Of a stretch of 64,000 nt of DNA, positions 35,354-49,066 are shown one piece after another. Position numbers and translations under genes: made by a program. The notes under the pieces are model-generated. The model saw only the letters and a program-made list of their open reading frames with translations. It made no database searches and was not told the DNA's origin. The DNA lies in the NCBI GenBank assembly GCA_050084515.1, contig CM114271.1:6200001-6264000 (forward strand), given 5' to 3'. Origin of the DNA: Blasia pusilla. Its lineage: Eukaryota. How positions within the stretch are numbered: position 1 is the first letter of the stretch; each line of letters opens with the position of its first letter.

Positions 35354-37474
35354 ATGAGGAATAGGTTGCTTCACACCCGGACTCTTTCGAGAGTGGTGGA
35401 AGCTCAAAGAAGGCTTATTGAAATTCGGGACAGCGAGGGGTGGATCGGCTGTTTAAGAGCTGGCAACTCCACTGGGAAATCTTTGTGTCGCACTTGGCTT
35501 GGTTCTCACAGCGTCGATCAATTCTCGAGCAACGTCGACCGGTGCAGAGTGGTGGGTTTAGGGCTTAGGGCATTTCGCAGGACGTTTTCATGGATGGTCG
35601 CTGCGCCAGATCTCACAAGGGGTTGTTTACTGGGGGATGAATATTGGAATAAACCTTTCGGAAGTGAGATATATGACAGGAAAGAGTCGAACAGGAAGGG
35701 ATCGCATTGGAGGAAGGAAGATCCGGGGTACCAAGAGGCTAAGAGTATCGGTAGTGTGTGCAATGTGCTACAGAGATGGCAGTGGACGAAAGAAACAGAG
35801 ATAGCCCTTACGAAGTTGAGTATCAAGCTCACCCCATACTTGGTCTACGAGGTATTGAAACGCCAACGTGATCCAGACATGGCATTCAAGTTTTTTGAAT
35901 GGTCCAAGCGGCAACCAGGATACAAGCATGAGACGGCAGTGTATACCCGGATGGTGATGATTGCAGGGGCATCCAAGAAGTATGAGGCTGTGAAGGGCTT
36001 GGTGGCTGAGATGGAAACCGAGGGTTGTGAGAGAAATCTCGCCTTTTACAATGCTCTGGTTGATTTTTTTTCCCAGGCTAGGATGTTGGATGAAGCCCTT
36101 CAAGCCCTTGAAACTATTAAATCATGTGGCTGGTCGCCCACATTCTTCACATACAAGTGTCTTGTTCATTCAGCTTTGAAGTCGGGGAATGTTAGAAAGG
36201 GTGCTGAAATGTACATGGAGATGATGCAAGCCGGGTTTATGCCTGACAACACCACCGTGAACATGTTAATTGACGCATTTGCCAAGACAGGCCAAATGAA
36301 GACAGCCTGCAATATCTTTCGGGAAATGGTGGATAGGGGTTGTGTACCAGACGTTTACACATACACCATTGTGATCCGGAGTCTTGGTCAAAAGGGACAC
36401 ATGAATGCAGCCATGAAAGTCTTCAGGGACATGATAGAAGCAGGCTGTAGACCTACTTCGTACACATACCACAGTTTGATCCATGCCTTTGGCAGGGAGG
36501 GGAAAGTGAACGAGGCAGTACAGCTAATCAATGAAATGGTCAACAAGGGCTATCAACCAGGTATTATAACCTATAATATACTCATTGATGCGTATGCGAA
36601 GGCAGGTGATTGGGATGGAGCAATGGAACTTTTTGAACGAGCTAAGGGGATGGCTGATGCTGTCACTTACAATAGCATGCTGGATAGGGCTGTTAAGAAA
36701 GGAGATGTTCATGCTGCCTCCCAACTTTTCGAGCAGATGGGTGCCACAGGGTGCATTGCCAACAAAGTTACGTATGCAATTTTGATCCGGGGCCTTACCA
36801 AAGCTGGCAAGGTGGAGGAAGCATGTAAGCTGTATGAAGAGATGAAGCGCCTGAATCTGAAGCCAGATGCCACCATCTTCAACAACATGATTGATTGCCT
36901 TGGGAAGATGCGGCTCATTGATGATACTCTGAAGCTTTTTAAAGAAATGAAGGATCATGGTGTACGTCCTGATATGTGTACATACAATACATTGATTAAT
37001 CGTCTATGTAAAGCAGGTCAAATAGACATGGCATCAAAAATTGCAGAGGAAATGGCAGAAGCTGGTTGTATACCAGGTCGAGTTACGTACAATTGCCTAA
37101 TCAACAGTTTGGGGAAAGGAAGGAAAATTGATGCAGCTTGCAAACTGTTTCTAGAAATGCAGCAAAAGGGTGCCAAACCTGATGTAGTTACATACACCAG
37201 CCTCATTGATGGTTTTTTCATTGCAGAGAAAATTGACTCAGCCCTATATATGTTCCAAGAAATGAAAAAGGTAGGCTGTCGCCCAAACGTCGTAACTTAT
37301 AATCTCCTCATAGATCACCTCATCAGGCAAGGTCGAATTGCTGCGGCTTTGAACTTCTGGCAAGAGATGAAAGAGAAGGGCCTTACTCCTGATGAGATCA
37401 CAGAGACCATCTTAGGTCGGATTCCACTGGAATGCAGAGGTGGGCAGACAACAAATCAAGAGGGCAAGAAATGA
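35354..37474 (+). CDS. P-class pentatricopeptide repeat protein (~706 aa), single coding exon
   Basis: Long ORF with tandem 35-aa PPR motifs (PDVYTYTIVIRSLGQKG, PDMCTYNTLINRLCKAG, PNVVTYNLLIDHLIRQG), an N-terminal AFKFFEWSKRQPGYKH motif and no E/DYW domain. First ATG at 35354; a likely 5'UTR intron acceptor at ~35308. Confidence 0.95.
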   Translation: MRNRLLHTRTLSRVVEAQRRLIEIRDSEGWIGCLRAGNSTGKSLCRTWLGSHSVDQFSSNVDRCRVVGLGLRAFRRTFSWMVAAPDLTRGCLLGDEYWNKPFGSEIYDRKESNRKGSHWRKEDPGYQEAKSIGSVCNVLQRWQWTKETEIALTKLSIKLTPYLVYEVLKRQRDPDMAFKFFEWSKRQPGYKHETAVYTRMVMIAGASKKYEAVKGLVAEMETEGCERNLAFYNALVDFFSQARMLDEALQALETIKSCGWSPTFFTYKCLVHSALKSGNVRKGAEMYMEMMQAGFMPDNTTVNMLIDAFAKTGQMKTACNIFREMVDRGCVPDVYTYTIVIRSLGQKGHMNAAMKVFRDMIEAGCRPTSYTYHSLIHAFGREGKVNEAVQLINEMVNKGYQPGIITYNILIDAYAKAGDWDGAMELFERAKGMADAVTYNSMLDRAVKKGDVHAASQLFEQMGATGCIANKVTYAILIRGLTKAGKVEEACKLYEEMKRLNLKPDATIFNNMIDCLGKMRLIDDTLKLFKEMKDHGVRPDMCTYNTLINRLCKAGQIDMASKIAEEMAEAGCIPGRVTYNCLINSLGKGRKIDAACKLFLEMQQKGAKPDVVTYTSLIDGFFIAEKIDSALYMFQEMKKVGCRPNVVTYNLLIDHLIRQGRIAAALNFWQEMKEKGLTPDEITETILGRIPLECRGGQTTNQEGKK

Positions 37475-39629
37475 AGTACTCTGAAAGAGAAGTGCTGCAC
37501 TCTTTTGAAGCAAACAGCAGGGAAGACTTTTCCAGTTGAGAAGATTTATATCAATTTAGTGGCCTGGCCCTGATCCAGTGAGTAATACCTACTACTGGAT
37601 GTGCCACGTTTTACTCTATTCTTCTGAGCTTGTGATTTACTCAAGGATTAAAAATCTGCTCCTGACCAGCCCATCACAATCCTCAGGCCTTTTGCCATCA
37701 GGCAGAGCATGGCTGAGACCAGTATGAGTAACCCCAGATAGCTACCTTATTTTTGACCTCAATAAAACTCAAATCTTTCTTATCACAGTATCTGAGTGAA
37801 GTCAGATTGCCAACGTTGTTGCTTCTGCTATCTATCTGTGATTACGTTTTTGGCGATTTGGGAACTTTGTGGAAGTATTTCTCATCCATAATAGGAGGAT
37901 ATGTGGTTGGTAGTTTCACAATTTCCCACACTTCTCTCAGTAAAAGCTTTCCCTGCTTTTGATGTCCATTATGAATCTTTTGAAGCATTGATTTTCTGTG
38001 TCGAAAGTTGCTTCTGGTAGGCTGTCATGCCTACCAGTGATTGGCCGGTGTAACATGTATGGTAAGGATCTCAACTCCCTCAAATTTGACTTCCAGAAAT
38101 GAAATGAGCTCTCTACTAGTGAGAATTGGAGTGGCCCTACCCAACATTAGAAACGGGGTGGGTGTTCCTGCAAGAGGCTTGCTCTTTGTGGGGAAACGCC
38201 CAAGACGAGTGCTTTGAATCCAGAAACATTCTAGCTATGCTGGGGAACATAATTATAACTTTTCTGAGTGATTGCAGTGTTTTGCTGTTTCGAGATGGCG
38301 GAGAGGGGTGGCGGCAAAACCTTTCTTCTGTGCTCTTAGTTGCTGATTTCTGAGCTCTGTTGGATTAAAATGAATATTGTTTCATGTGCTTCAATCTAAG
38401 TTGCCCTTCATCAGTTTGATATCCACCAACTCACTGGCTTTTCATGAGGAACATCAGTCTTTCATTTCTCTAATGTAAGTTTTTCTTGAGCTTCGCGCCA
38501 CACACAGAGGTGCTGTAAGTACTATGGAATGTTTTATGGGAGAAAGGCAGCGCAGCTCTGATGATGGGTACCTTCAGTGCTGATGAGTGAGTGCACAGTA
38601 GTCAAGAGTCTGAAAGTCCACTCAATTCAGCATAGTGACTGTGAGGAATTCCCAGGAGCAGCGTCCCGGGGCCCTGGAGAAGGGAGGTGGCATTATGGAA
38701 AGAAGCAACAGCAGATGTTGTTATTCCAGCAGCTCATGTTTGGGATGACGAGGGAGAGGTTCAGTCTTGCTAGGAACAGGTACTCTTTATCTCTCTCCAT
38801 TGCTTATTCATCGGGCTTTACATCATTGCCATAGCCATAGCCGTAACCCTTCTTGTACCTTCCATCAAAACTGGAGGCTTTTTTTCAGAAAATATTTACA
38901 GGGTCCAAGTCCTTAATCTTCAAGTTTTGCTAGAAGAAATGACAGACCATCACATCTCTTCTAGTCTGCTGGTTTTGGTTTCATGGGATTCATTCTGGAA
39001 CTGAAGCACCATGGTTTCGCTTGGATGCAGTCAAAATTGGTGATAGCTTTTATCACTAAGCGTTGCCTTGCAGTTAAAAGGTTTTACTGTGATCGTGCTT
39101 CCACTCACAGTAAAACCTGTGGGCATTGAGAATTGCATTCCTTTGTTCACTCATGTCATCAATGGCTTTTTGTTGCCAGATTAGTTAGAGTTGTAATAGA
39201 GGTTGAATCTACTGGATATTGCACTTCCTTGTGGGCCACCAACTCAACCGATCCTGATATTCTGTGCAGTTTTGCACCGAGTCTTAAAGTTTGGACAGGA
39301 CATTTGTATCAATAAATCTAATAATTCAACCCAGCTATGGCACTAATTGTCCTCTACTTAGGAGGCCTAAGTAGGTTGAAAAGCCTGCCGTCAGTGACAT
39401 GAAATGGTGGTCTTCTGACGGGGTGCCACTTCGTAAGAAGCATTGCTCATCCTCTGAATTGTTAAAAGAAAAGAACTGCAGAAACTTTAGGACAGCGAAG
39501 TCCAACTTGTCACGACTAGTGTTTGGGACCCTTCATCTACGACGTGCAAGTGCTGCTTGAACTAGCTTTTTGTCTACCTTCGCGCAGGCATCTGCAATTG
39601 GTGCCATACTATCCAATGTATACCTCACA

Positions 39630-39830
39630 AGCCTGACGAAATCCACCTCCTGTTGTTCACTGATTTTCCTTTCAACAGGTCTTTCTCTTTACATGTCTGC
39701 TTAATGAAATTGACCTCTGGTCGTCTACTCGTTGTCCTTTCAACGCACTTTCTCCCGTATGTTTGCTTGATAAAATCCACCTCTTGTTGTCTACTCATTC
39801 TCTTTTCCATACATCTTTGTCTCCTTAGGT
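39630..39830. repeat. Diverged tandem repeat, about 3 x 66 bp
   Basis: aaat(cc/tg)acctc...gt(t/c)gt...act...c.tttc(a/c)a...cttt recurs three times. Confidence 0.65.
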
Positions 39831-40570
39831 CTGCTCGGGTTTTTGTTGTTCTTCCTAGCTATATCTCATGTTTTGATGGAGTTCTTTCCGAATCTAGAGG
39901 CATGAAGAGAATGACAATGGCATGAACTAACCTTCGTGACATCAGGAAAGGAATTGTTGTCTTTGAGTCCCACGCTTTGCACATCCGATTATGGGTTCTC
40001 CCATCTTCTTTTACCCATGTTTGTCTTCTTTGTCTCCTCCAATCACCTTATTTTCCTACAGCAGGATTCAAGGGAAGCAGAATGGTCTTGAATGGGCAGA
40101 AATCCATTCCCACAAACTTTGCTGATATGGGGACTCAAATCTGCCCTTCGCAGGAACCTTTGAGAAATTTTTACTTACAAAGAATCATTAGATGCAAAGA
40201 TACGGCAAGTATTGCACAATACTTGCCGTATCTTGACTCTATCCAAGAGTATCAAATGAATTTGACTCTATCCAAGAGAGTGAGCCCATGGGAACAAGTT
40301 TGCTAGATAAAGCAGTATGGAACAACCTATCACATCAAACACTAAAAAGAAACATCATAGGGAGTAGGCCCATGGGTGTGGGCATTGGAACATACCTTAG
40401 CGAATATATCCTCCCCACACTTTTCCTTTGGCCTACTTTGCCCATCTCGTTGAGTCTAGGGGTCGATTTCTTCTAGAGTCTCCCGGAGTGCCTAGGTTTT
40501 CCACCTTACTCCCTTTGTGAACCAGTTTATGGGACCCCATTTGGATGGAGGACGTGAACACGATCTCTCT

Positions 40571-41085
40571 GGGGATGAGTTTGTGGGGTCCCCTTGGGTG
40601 AAGGTAGAAAACACAAAGACACCACCATATCCTCTCTCTCTCTCCCTCTCGGGATGAGTTTGTGGGGTGCCCTTGGGTGAAGGTAGAAAACACAAAGACA
40701 CCACCATATCCTCTCTCTCTCTCTCCCTCTCGGGATGAGTTTGTGGGGTGCCCTTGGGTGAAGGTAGAAAACACAAAGACACCTCCATATCCTCTCTCTC
40801 GGGATGAGTTTGTGGGGTCCCCTTGGGTGAAGGAAAAACAAACAAAGACACCACCATACACCATATCCTCCCTCTCTCTCTCTCTCTCTCTTGGGATGAG
40901 TTTGTGGGGTGCCCTTGGGTGAAGGTAGAAAACACAAAGACACCACCATATCCTCTCTCCCTCTCTTGAGAGAGGGAGAGAGGATATGGGACCCTAAACC
41001 CATGAGCCCTGGTTGGGTTCGGTTTTGGAGGTGCCCTTGGGTGGAGATAAGAAACACAAAGACACGAGCATAACCTCTCTCACTC
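40571..41085. repeat. Minisatellite: five ~70-90 bp units plus one diverged unit, each ending in a variable (CT)n tract
   Basis: gggatgagtttgtggggt(g/c)cccttgggtgaaggtagaaaacacaaagacaccaccatatc(ct)n starts at ~40572, 40651, 40722, 40801 and 40893. Confidence 0.92.
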
Positions 41086-42825
41086 TCATGCAGGACGACC
41101 CCATGGGATGATGCGACTACAACAAGTTCACTCTCACTTTTTCCGTGTGGTCTATTTTTATCGGACTGAGTGTCCTTTTGGTCCTTCGTGGACGGGCTTT
41201 ATCCGAACCCTTTTCGTGCCGTTTTCGTCATCTCATGCTGTCGAAACTGCTTCGTGAGCGGAGGCTTGGGCTCCTATTTGTGGTGTAGTCGTCTCCCTTC
41301 CCTTCTATCTCTTCATGTCGCCTCTTTCATTCGTCCTTCTTGTCCCCTCAAAAGCTCTTGGCCCTCTTTTACTCGTTCTATGCTCCTTCTATGGTATTGG
41401 ATCCTCGTGGGTGGGCCACTTCCTCTTCGATTACTTCGTGGGCGGATTTCTTTAGCCCTTTTTTTGGTTTTCTTTTTCTGGGCTTTTTCCTTTTCTTTAT
41501 TTTAGGTGGGGGAAGTTACCTATTAATCCTTGTGGGTGGGTGGGTGGATCGAAGTCATTCTAATTTGATTCATTTTCCCCTTTTCAGCTGTTTGCCTTGA
41601 ATGGACCGGCAAACATGCCGTCTTCTTTCGCATGTGAAACCAATGTGCGGCTCTTTGAGAGGGGTGGGGGAAGAGAGTAATTAAGAAATACGTGTGGAGG
41701 ACACATGGATAGCCTAGATAATGAGAAAATAAAGGACGATTAGGATTAGGGGCCGTAATTGAGTTAAGCCTATGCTAAAAATGCAAAAACCCTGTCTGTT
41801 TAAATTGCCACACCTTGGCAACTTTGATGTGCTTGCGTGGCATCTCTCCATGTATTTAGAATCACAAATAAAAATGCCCCTCAAAGTGCACCCACTCATA
41901 TATGCCTATATGGAATAAACTTTGATTTGATTGCTTTAAATTAGGATTAGTAAGGCATTAGCACACACATTGATATGATTGGGTCTCATTGTGTAAGGTT
42001 TTCTTCCATTTCAAAACTCTTTTCTTCTTCTGATAATTGATCCTCAATCTACCAATAAGGTTGGCACTAAACTAATGGACACTCGTCGGAGTTGAATTAA
42101 AACTGAAATTATTCATTTTTATATTTGGATCATTTAATGAAATACACTGAAATGAAAATTTAAAATTTAAAATTTAAAAATGAGGATCAGTAAAAAATTG
42201 TTTTGCCCATTTTTCCATTTGAGCACGGAAAAAAGTGTTGTTATTTCCATGTGTCATACAATTAAGATATTGAAAAGTACTAATCAATCTTCTAATTATA
42301 ATGTATATGTTTGCAAAACCAAATAAAAGATCTTGGCTTGTGATCCAGGAGTTCCATATTTTCTTCTTACATGGAAAATTTTAAACTCCAAAATAAATCA
42401 GGGCTACATTAATGGCTTGATAAAACTCTTCATGACAAGACAATTGAGTGTGGTAAATTCATTGTATATTACTTCCTCCTCACTAGAGACACACTCAATA
42501 ATTGGGAGAAGTCACAACTAGAACATCCCCCCCACCTTCTTTTTCTTATAGTTGATAATCTTTGCGACACCACAATAGGTGAGGAAAACGTATAGTGAAT
42601 ATACTCCCAATTTTGCAATCAATCATGTGTGTGTGTGTTAGTTGAAAATTGGCATAGTTGTTTCTAATGTATGTGTAGATAATATTTTGTGTGATATTAC
42701 CCGAAATTATTTTTTATTCTTGAAATCATTCTCTGAAAACTAATTAAAACTTGGTTAAAATCCATTTATTTATATAGATGTAAACACCAACTTCTAATAT
42801 TCTAGAAAAGAGCTTTTATCTTACA

Positions 42826-43049
42826 TCTATCTAATCAAAAGAGGATGGGGTTAGAGAAAACCCTCCTCCACTATTTACACATGTCCTCTAAGGATTCTTA
42901 TGGTATTGACACATGTCATTTCAAAAGAGGAAGTTAAATTAAGAGGAGATAAATAAATTAAATAAGGAGGGAAAAAGAGGAGAGGAGGTGCTACAAGAGA
43001 ATTTTTTAAAATCTGAAGATCACTCGTGCATACCAAGGGCAACCTCTAG
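42826..43049 (+). mobile_element. Short non-autonomous Helitron-like element
   Basis: 5' TC after A, 3' CTAG before T, imperfect subterminal hairpin (ctcgtg...aaggg). Related copies at ~33447-33640 (plus) and ~45160-45275 (minus). Confidence 0.62.
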
Positions 43050-43821
43050 TATTATTTGGTTATAATCCCAGTCTTTCTCCACCTCACGTTCTAAATTTTC
43101 TGATTGGCACACAATTTAATTAGGTTCATATTTCCTCTTCTTCTTTTTTTTTTTTTTTTAGAATTTAAGATGAGTGTTTCTACCTCGACACGACTACGGT
43201 ATTCTCTCCATGTTTCCATACTCATTATAACTTGTGGGTTATCCTTATCATGATGGCTCTCATTGCCAACAAAGAGCCAACTAGTGTGCGGCCCTTTCCC
43301 CATTTCTCCACCTCCTCTCATTAAGGCAATGCCACTTAACAAACTGCGCATCATGTTTCTAAAAATACTTACAAAGTGCTAAAAATATAAAAAAGTTATG
43401 ATTTTAGGATCAATTGTAACGCTGGATGTGTGAGAGCACACTCCAATTAAAGGGGGGTTGTGGCACAACTACAAACTGCTATTTAAAAAATCTCATAATT
43501 TTGGGGCCGTAACTAGCATCTCTCTCCTCTTATGCAGCTTCCCACAAAATTTGCTTGAGAGGAGGTTTATTTTCTCCATGTATAAAGGTTACTTGCTTTA
43601 GATCCTCTATGCATTTTATTTAAGATCAACTATATTGAAATTTAATTGTATCATCTCATGCAAACGAAAAGGACACCTCACTCGTTTTAGCAATACAAGC
43701 CATAGAATGCCCATGCATTGGCATGCAAGCCAAAAATTAATAAATAAATACTCTCGTACTCATTTTGAGAAATTTCAAGAGTCCCATCTCCCCTCGGACT
43801 CTCCCCTTCCTCCTTCTACAT

Positions 43822-43977
43822 CTGCTCTTTGTTTTAAAATCTCACTCTATTTTCCCTTCCTACATTTAGAAAAACATCCATCTCACCCCACCTTCTAGAT
43901 TTGCTCTTTATTTTAAAATCTCACTCTATGTTCCCCTCCTTTATTTAGAAAAACATCCACCCCACCCCACCTTCTAG
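43822..43977. repeat. Tandem duplication, 2 x ~78 bp
   Basis: tgctctt...ttttaaaatctcactctat...atttagaaaaacatcca...caccccaccttctag occurs twice. Confidence 0.85.
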
Positions 43978-46900
43978 TTTGGAGGAAAAAAATATGGGCC
44001 CTCCATGTTAGTTTGAGAAAAGAAAATTCCTTTTATGCTCCATTATTTGATAAGATAAAATTCCTCTCATCCACTTCCTTTTAACTCCCCACTTCCTCTG
44101 AAAAAAATTCATCTACTTCTACTCTCTCTCATGTTAAACTTGACATTGTAATTATCTCGTGCTAGTGCGTAAAATACGCCTTCTCATATTGTTTTCTCAC
44201 TTATTGAAAATCGCATGCGGTAAAATTTCACACCCTAGTTAGCTAAGAAGGTTACATACACTCAAGGGTTTTATTTAATTTCTTTGATTATGAAATAAAT
44301 TTTAAATTTAGAAATGGTTTTGGTATTATTGACCTTTTAATTTTATCTTAACATCTTTTTAGCTCATATTTTCAAAGTCATGCCCTCAATAAAGAAACAA
44401 TTGTTTACGCATGAGACCTCCTTTTTCGTCCCTTTCTTAATCTCTACTTAATTCTGAGTTCTTAACTCTTTTTCATTTCGAAATAATCTTTTGGAAATCA
44501 TCAAATGAGAAATTTGGAAGGAAAAATAAGATGAGAATTTTTTCTTTTTTTTTCTTGTAATGAGTTATTTTTTGCGAGTCCTAAAGTGACTAAAATGAAC
44601 TCGCCGAATTCGAAACTTGGAATTCTCTTCACCTTCTCTATTTTATTTTATTTATTTATTTATTAGCTTATTTATTTCTTACATCTTGTCATTCAAGTGC
44701 AGTAACTACAATCGTGGAATCATCTCAGGCCATCGATTCTCCGGTTGCGCGTAAGAGAAGAGGACCCGCCGTTCCACGGTATCCGTCAGATGAGTCAGCT
44801 AATTAATGAAAAATGTTCTTTTGTTTCTAGCGGCGTCGCAAAAGTCCCGCGATCGGGCGTCACAACAGAAACGGGGGGTAACATGAGCCATAGTTCTTCT
44901 CGCAATCCGGTGAAGGGAGATATTCTGTTACCGATAATGGAATATACTCCTGGAGGGACGCACCTCCGCTGTGAAGTCTCACTTACGGTCTCCACTATTA
45001 ATGGCAATTTAGGTCCATTTCGACTTTATATGACTTGTATTTAGTTTTTTTCTTTTTCTTTCCCGTTTGGAGCCTTGGAAATCAATTATCATTTCTCTTC
45101 TCATGAATTTTTTTTTAATTAGTATTTTCCGGTGTCCAGTGATATTTAATTTTTTTATTATATCCTCTTAATTCAATTCCCTCTCTCACATAGACATCAT
45201 AAGAGTCTTTAGACGACAAGTGTCAACTCCTCACGAGCGTTTCCTCAAATCCCGCCACCTTTCAATTATATAATGGGTGAGATAATGGGCAATGAAAGAA
45301 TTAGATAATGATAACCTGAAATTATTGAAGAGAGAGGGTGGCTTCTTAGAGCTTCATATTTAAAAACATAGATTTCTTTGATAACGTATCTAAGGTTTTT
45401 CTAAATTAATTAAAAATACTTTATTATGTAAAATAATTCATATTATTCATTTTGATATATTTTCCCAAGATAAAATTAAATTTATCTCCGAAAAAACTCG
45501 GAAATCAAACGTAAATTAGAAATAAAATATCTTTCATTGTTTCTAAGGATAAGTCTTGTCCCAACATCATCCTACTATTATTTTCATTTTTCCAAAAAAA
45601 AGAAATTGATTTTCCCTCCAATTAAACTTGAAAATTAATGTTTTTAATGATTTAAAATAAAATTTTGAAATTTTATATTATTTTAAATATGTGAGAAGAT
45701 GATAATAATGGAGGAAATTTTGGAATATTTCATTGAGAAACAAATTAAATTATAATCATTAAATTTTTAAATAAAAAATAAGAATTCAATCTAATTACGA
45801 AAATGTTCTTCTCATTCTACGTTTTTGCTTATCAAGGTTGGTTGTCGACAACGTTCATGTCCATGGACTTACTTACGTCCGTCCTATGTAAAGACTTGGC
45901 CATGTGGTCTCACCTTCCTTTTCTTTCCCATTCCTTACGCTTTCCTTCGTGTTCCATACTCTCTCGTTTCTTCCTCCCTCCACCTCCATTCCATCCCCCT
46001 TTATTGCCCCACTTGCCTTGCCTTGCCTTACCTTCCATCATGAACTATAAAGTGTGGGTCCCACCTCTTACAATTTATGTCCAAAATTTTATGTCCTAGG
46101 ATCAAACTTGTCAGTTTCTATGCAACCATGATGCTTAATATATGGTAAAATTAAGGGAAAAAAAATCATTAACTAGTTTATGGACGAATTTCACAAGAGG
46201 CACTCATTCATTGGTCCTCAAAGTGAGCTAATGCCGTTAATACTATGATTTATTATAATTTTATAATCACAAGGTTCTATATTTAATTGGCTATGGGGTG
46301 TGGTAGGGCAAAAGTACCAAAGAGAGCATAAGGTCAAACAACATTGTGACAAGACATTGAATTCTATCATGGCATTCCATTTGAGAAGTTGGTATGCCAA
46401 TCACATTCTCATTTGGAACCTAAACTTTATCCAATGTTCTCCACGTATATCCTTTCTTAGTGTGATTTACAACCCTAAGAGTTTTGGGAAGTGTGGCACA
46501 ACCGAGATATTATGCACTAGTAGGTTTCCTTATGATGCACACTATACAAATATCAATTTCAATCATATTTACAACTTTATACAGAATACAAATTATTATG
46601 CCGTTTCCTCACCCGTTCGTTGAGATCCAATGTGAATTTACGGACGTCTGACCAATTTTGTCATTTCCAAACCAATTACTCCCTCGTGTTAGTATTAATT
46701 AGTCGGTTACATGTAAAAAAAGTGAATGACTTATCACTTGGCAAGTACATAGCAAGTACCCTTTCACCATTAAGGAAGGAGCCTCTCGCTTTAATAGTAA
46801 TATAATTTTCAAGTATCATGCTTGAAGTATTCTCATCGGGGACCTAAAAAAGAAACATGCTTTCAGTTAATTATTTGAAGGAATCTGAAACTTTCTAAGA

Positions 46901-49066
46901 ATTTCGAAAATTGATATCATTAGGGCAGTCCTTCCTGGGAAATGAAAGTTCACTGAAAAGAAACGAAACTTTTGTAAGAATCCACTCCGGACATCGCATA
47001 ATTCGTCACTGCAAAGTGTTAAGCGACAATTCATTTGATTAGACCCTCTCGTGGGAAAGGAAGGGACAAGAAGAGGAAAACAAAAGAAATACTCCTATAG
47101 AAATGAATGAAGGACTCGCAATCTCGTATTGTCTTAGGGTGCCGTCCAAGTCATCCTCTCCGACGAAGAAAGCCAACTTTACAGCCACGAAATAACGGCA
47201 CGTGGCCTCCGCGTCCAACCGCCATAATCCCAAAGCGTAGACGTCGATAATAATATGCGATGATTCCGTGGCATCGAGCAGGCCCCTACGACGGTGCCAC
47301 CGTGATGTCCGAATGACGAGGCTTCCGAGTCCGTCCCAAACAGTCGTTTTGAAATGGGCTAAACGCCAACCACAAGAGTTTTCAAAGTGGGGAGAAGGTG
47401 TAAACTTGCTTTCTCCCCAAGTCTCCCTCCCTCCTTTCCTTCCTTCCTTCCGTCCTTCCTTCCGTTCCTTCCTCCGTTCCTTCCTTTGTTTGTGGATGAA
47501 ATTCTTGTTCGACGTAAAGTCTTGCAGACTTCCTTCCGTTCCTTCCTCCGTTTGTGGATGACGTAAAGTCTTGCAGAGGTGAAGGGCTCGAAGGGGAGTG
47601 ATTCTAAGGGGTGGCACCATAAGAGGGGACGTGATTTGGGATTTCCATAATCGCCAGGTATCTCTTTTGGATTTAGGAGGTAGAGGTCATTTCATTGCAA
47701 TTTTTTTTAATTTTGAGAATTTCCTTAATAAGAGACAACAGTATTTTTTATTGACTGGCGTATTTTTGCCGAAAAATACGAATAAATTTGTAATAATGAG
47801 AGGGGGTAAAGGGAGGGAGGATCTCCATGGAGCATCTCAAGTAGAAGTTGTCGGGGTTCCTAGCTTGTGCTACAAGAGTGGTACCAAATCATTTAAGTAA
47901 TAGACATAAATATAAATATATTCAAAAGAAATACATGAATGGAAAGAGAACGACCTCTTTTAGCACGGGGAATAATTTCGGAATATCTCCTTGGGTGGTC
48001 CGTCCAGAATTTCATCCTACCGAACTAACTCGGTAAGCAGAGTTTGAGCCGCCCTGATAATTACCGGGTTCAGGACAAGGAGTCAGGGCTGCTCTTCGTA
48101 TTGTGAATGTGTACCGGCCATATTATCCCGGTAAATATGCGGAAGTACGAAATTCCGGTACGTTGTTGTGGCGTATATACTGTGTTCATGGGACGAGTCC
48201 AGTATATAGGGGTACGGTTTTGCGATGGCCTCATAAATAAATATAAAGGGGAATCTGGAAATACGATTCGGAGACGCACTAGTAATAATAATGATAATGA
48301 TATCATGAAATGAAAAGATAGTGAGTCTTGAGATACGAAGTCTGGAGGGGGAGGGAGGGCGGCTTCTCGCGGAGGGGGTTTTGGGGTGGGAGGAAACTGC
48401 CATGTCGACGAATTCGTGAGTGGCAGCTGGCTGGAGAGTGACGGTCAACGGAATGGAGGCGAGGGAGGGAGCTTAGCTCGAGGCGGGCGGGCGGACGGAC
48501 GGACGGATAGGAGAGGAGTGCGGGAAGAACGCACGTGTGTGTGAAGGAACGTTTTCACGGACGCGCCGGTGCTGCCCGGTTCTCTCGTCAGCGCTCGCGA
48601 GCTTCGTCGCGTGCGTGGCTGCCCTAAGAGAGAACAATCCGCGGCGGGATTTCGTTGAGAGCGGGCCAAGAGAGCAGGTTCCGGCAGAATTCCCTTGGTC
48701 CGTCTGTGGCTGCGTGTGCGTGCGTGTGAGAAGGAGCGAGCGAGCGAGCGAGCGAGAAGAGAGGGAGAGAGAGAGAGAGAGAGAGAGTATACGGAGTGCG
48801 GGAGGATTGCGACGACGAGGGCGATTCGGGAGGGCGGAGGGCAGATCGAGGTGTACTTGGCGGAGCGCAAAGTGGCGCAATTGGGAGGGAAAGTCGAATC
48901 GGGAGCAGGCGTAGTCGGTGCTTCGCTGTCTACCCGCGGAGGGAGGCGAAGGCGATCGCGTCCGCGTCCGCGTCGTCGTTCAGCGGATTATCGTGGGGGG
49001 GGAGGTGGATTGCGGGTGAGAGAGTGAAGTCGGTCGATCATCGGTGGACACGAAGGGGAGAGCGCG

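Noticed and set aside
40571-40960. CRISPR-like array
   Set aside because: The intervening sequences are (CT)n tracts, not unique spacers; the context is eukaryotic and no cas genes are present.
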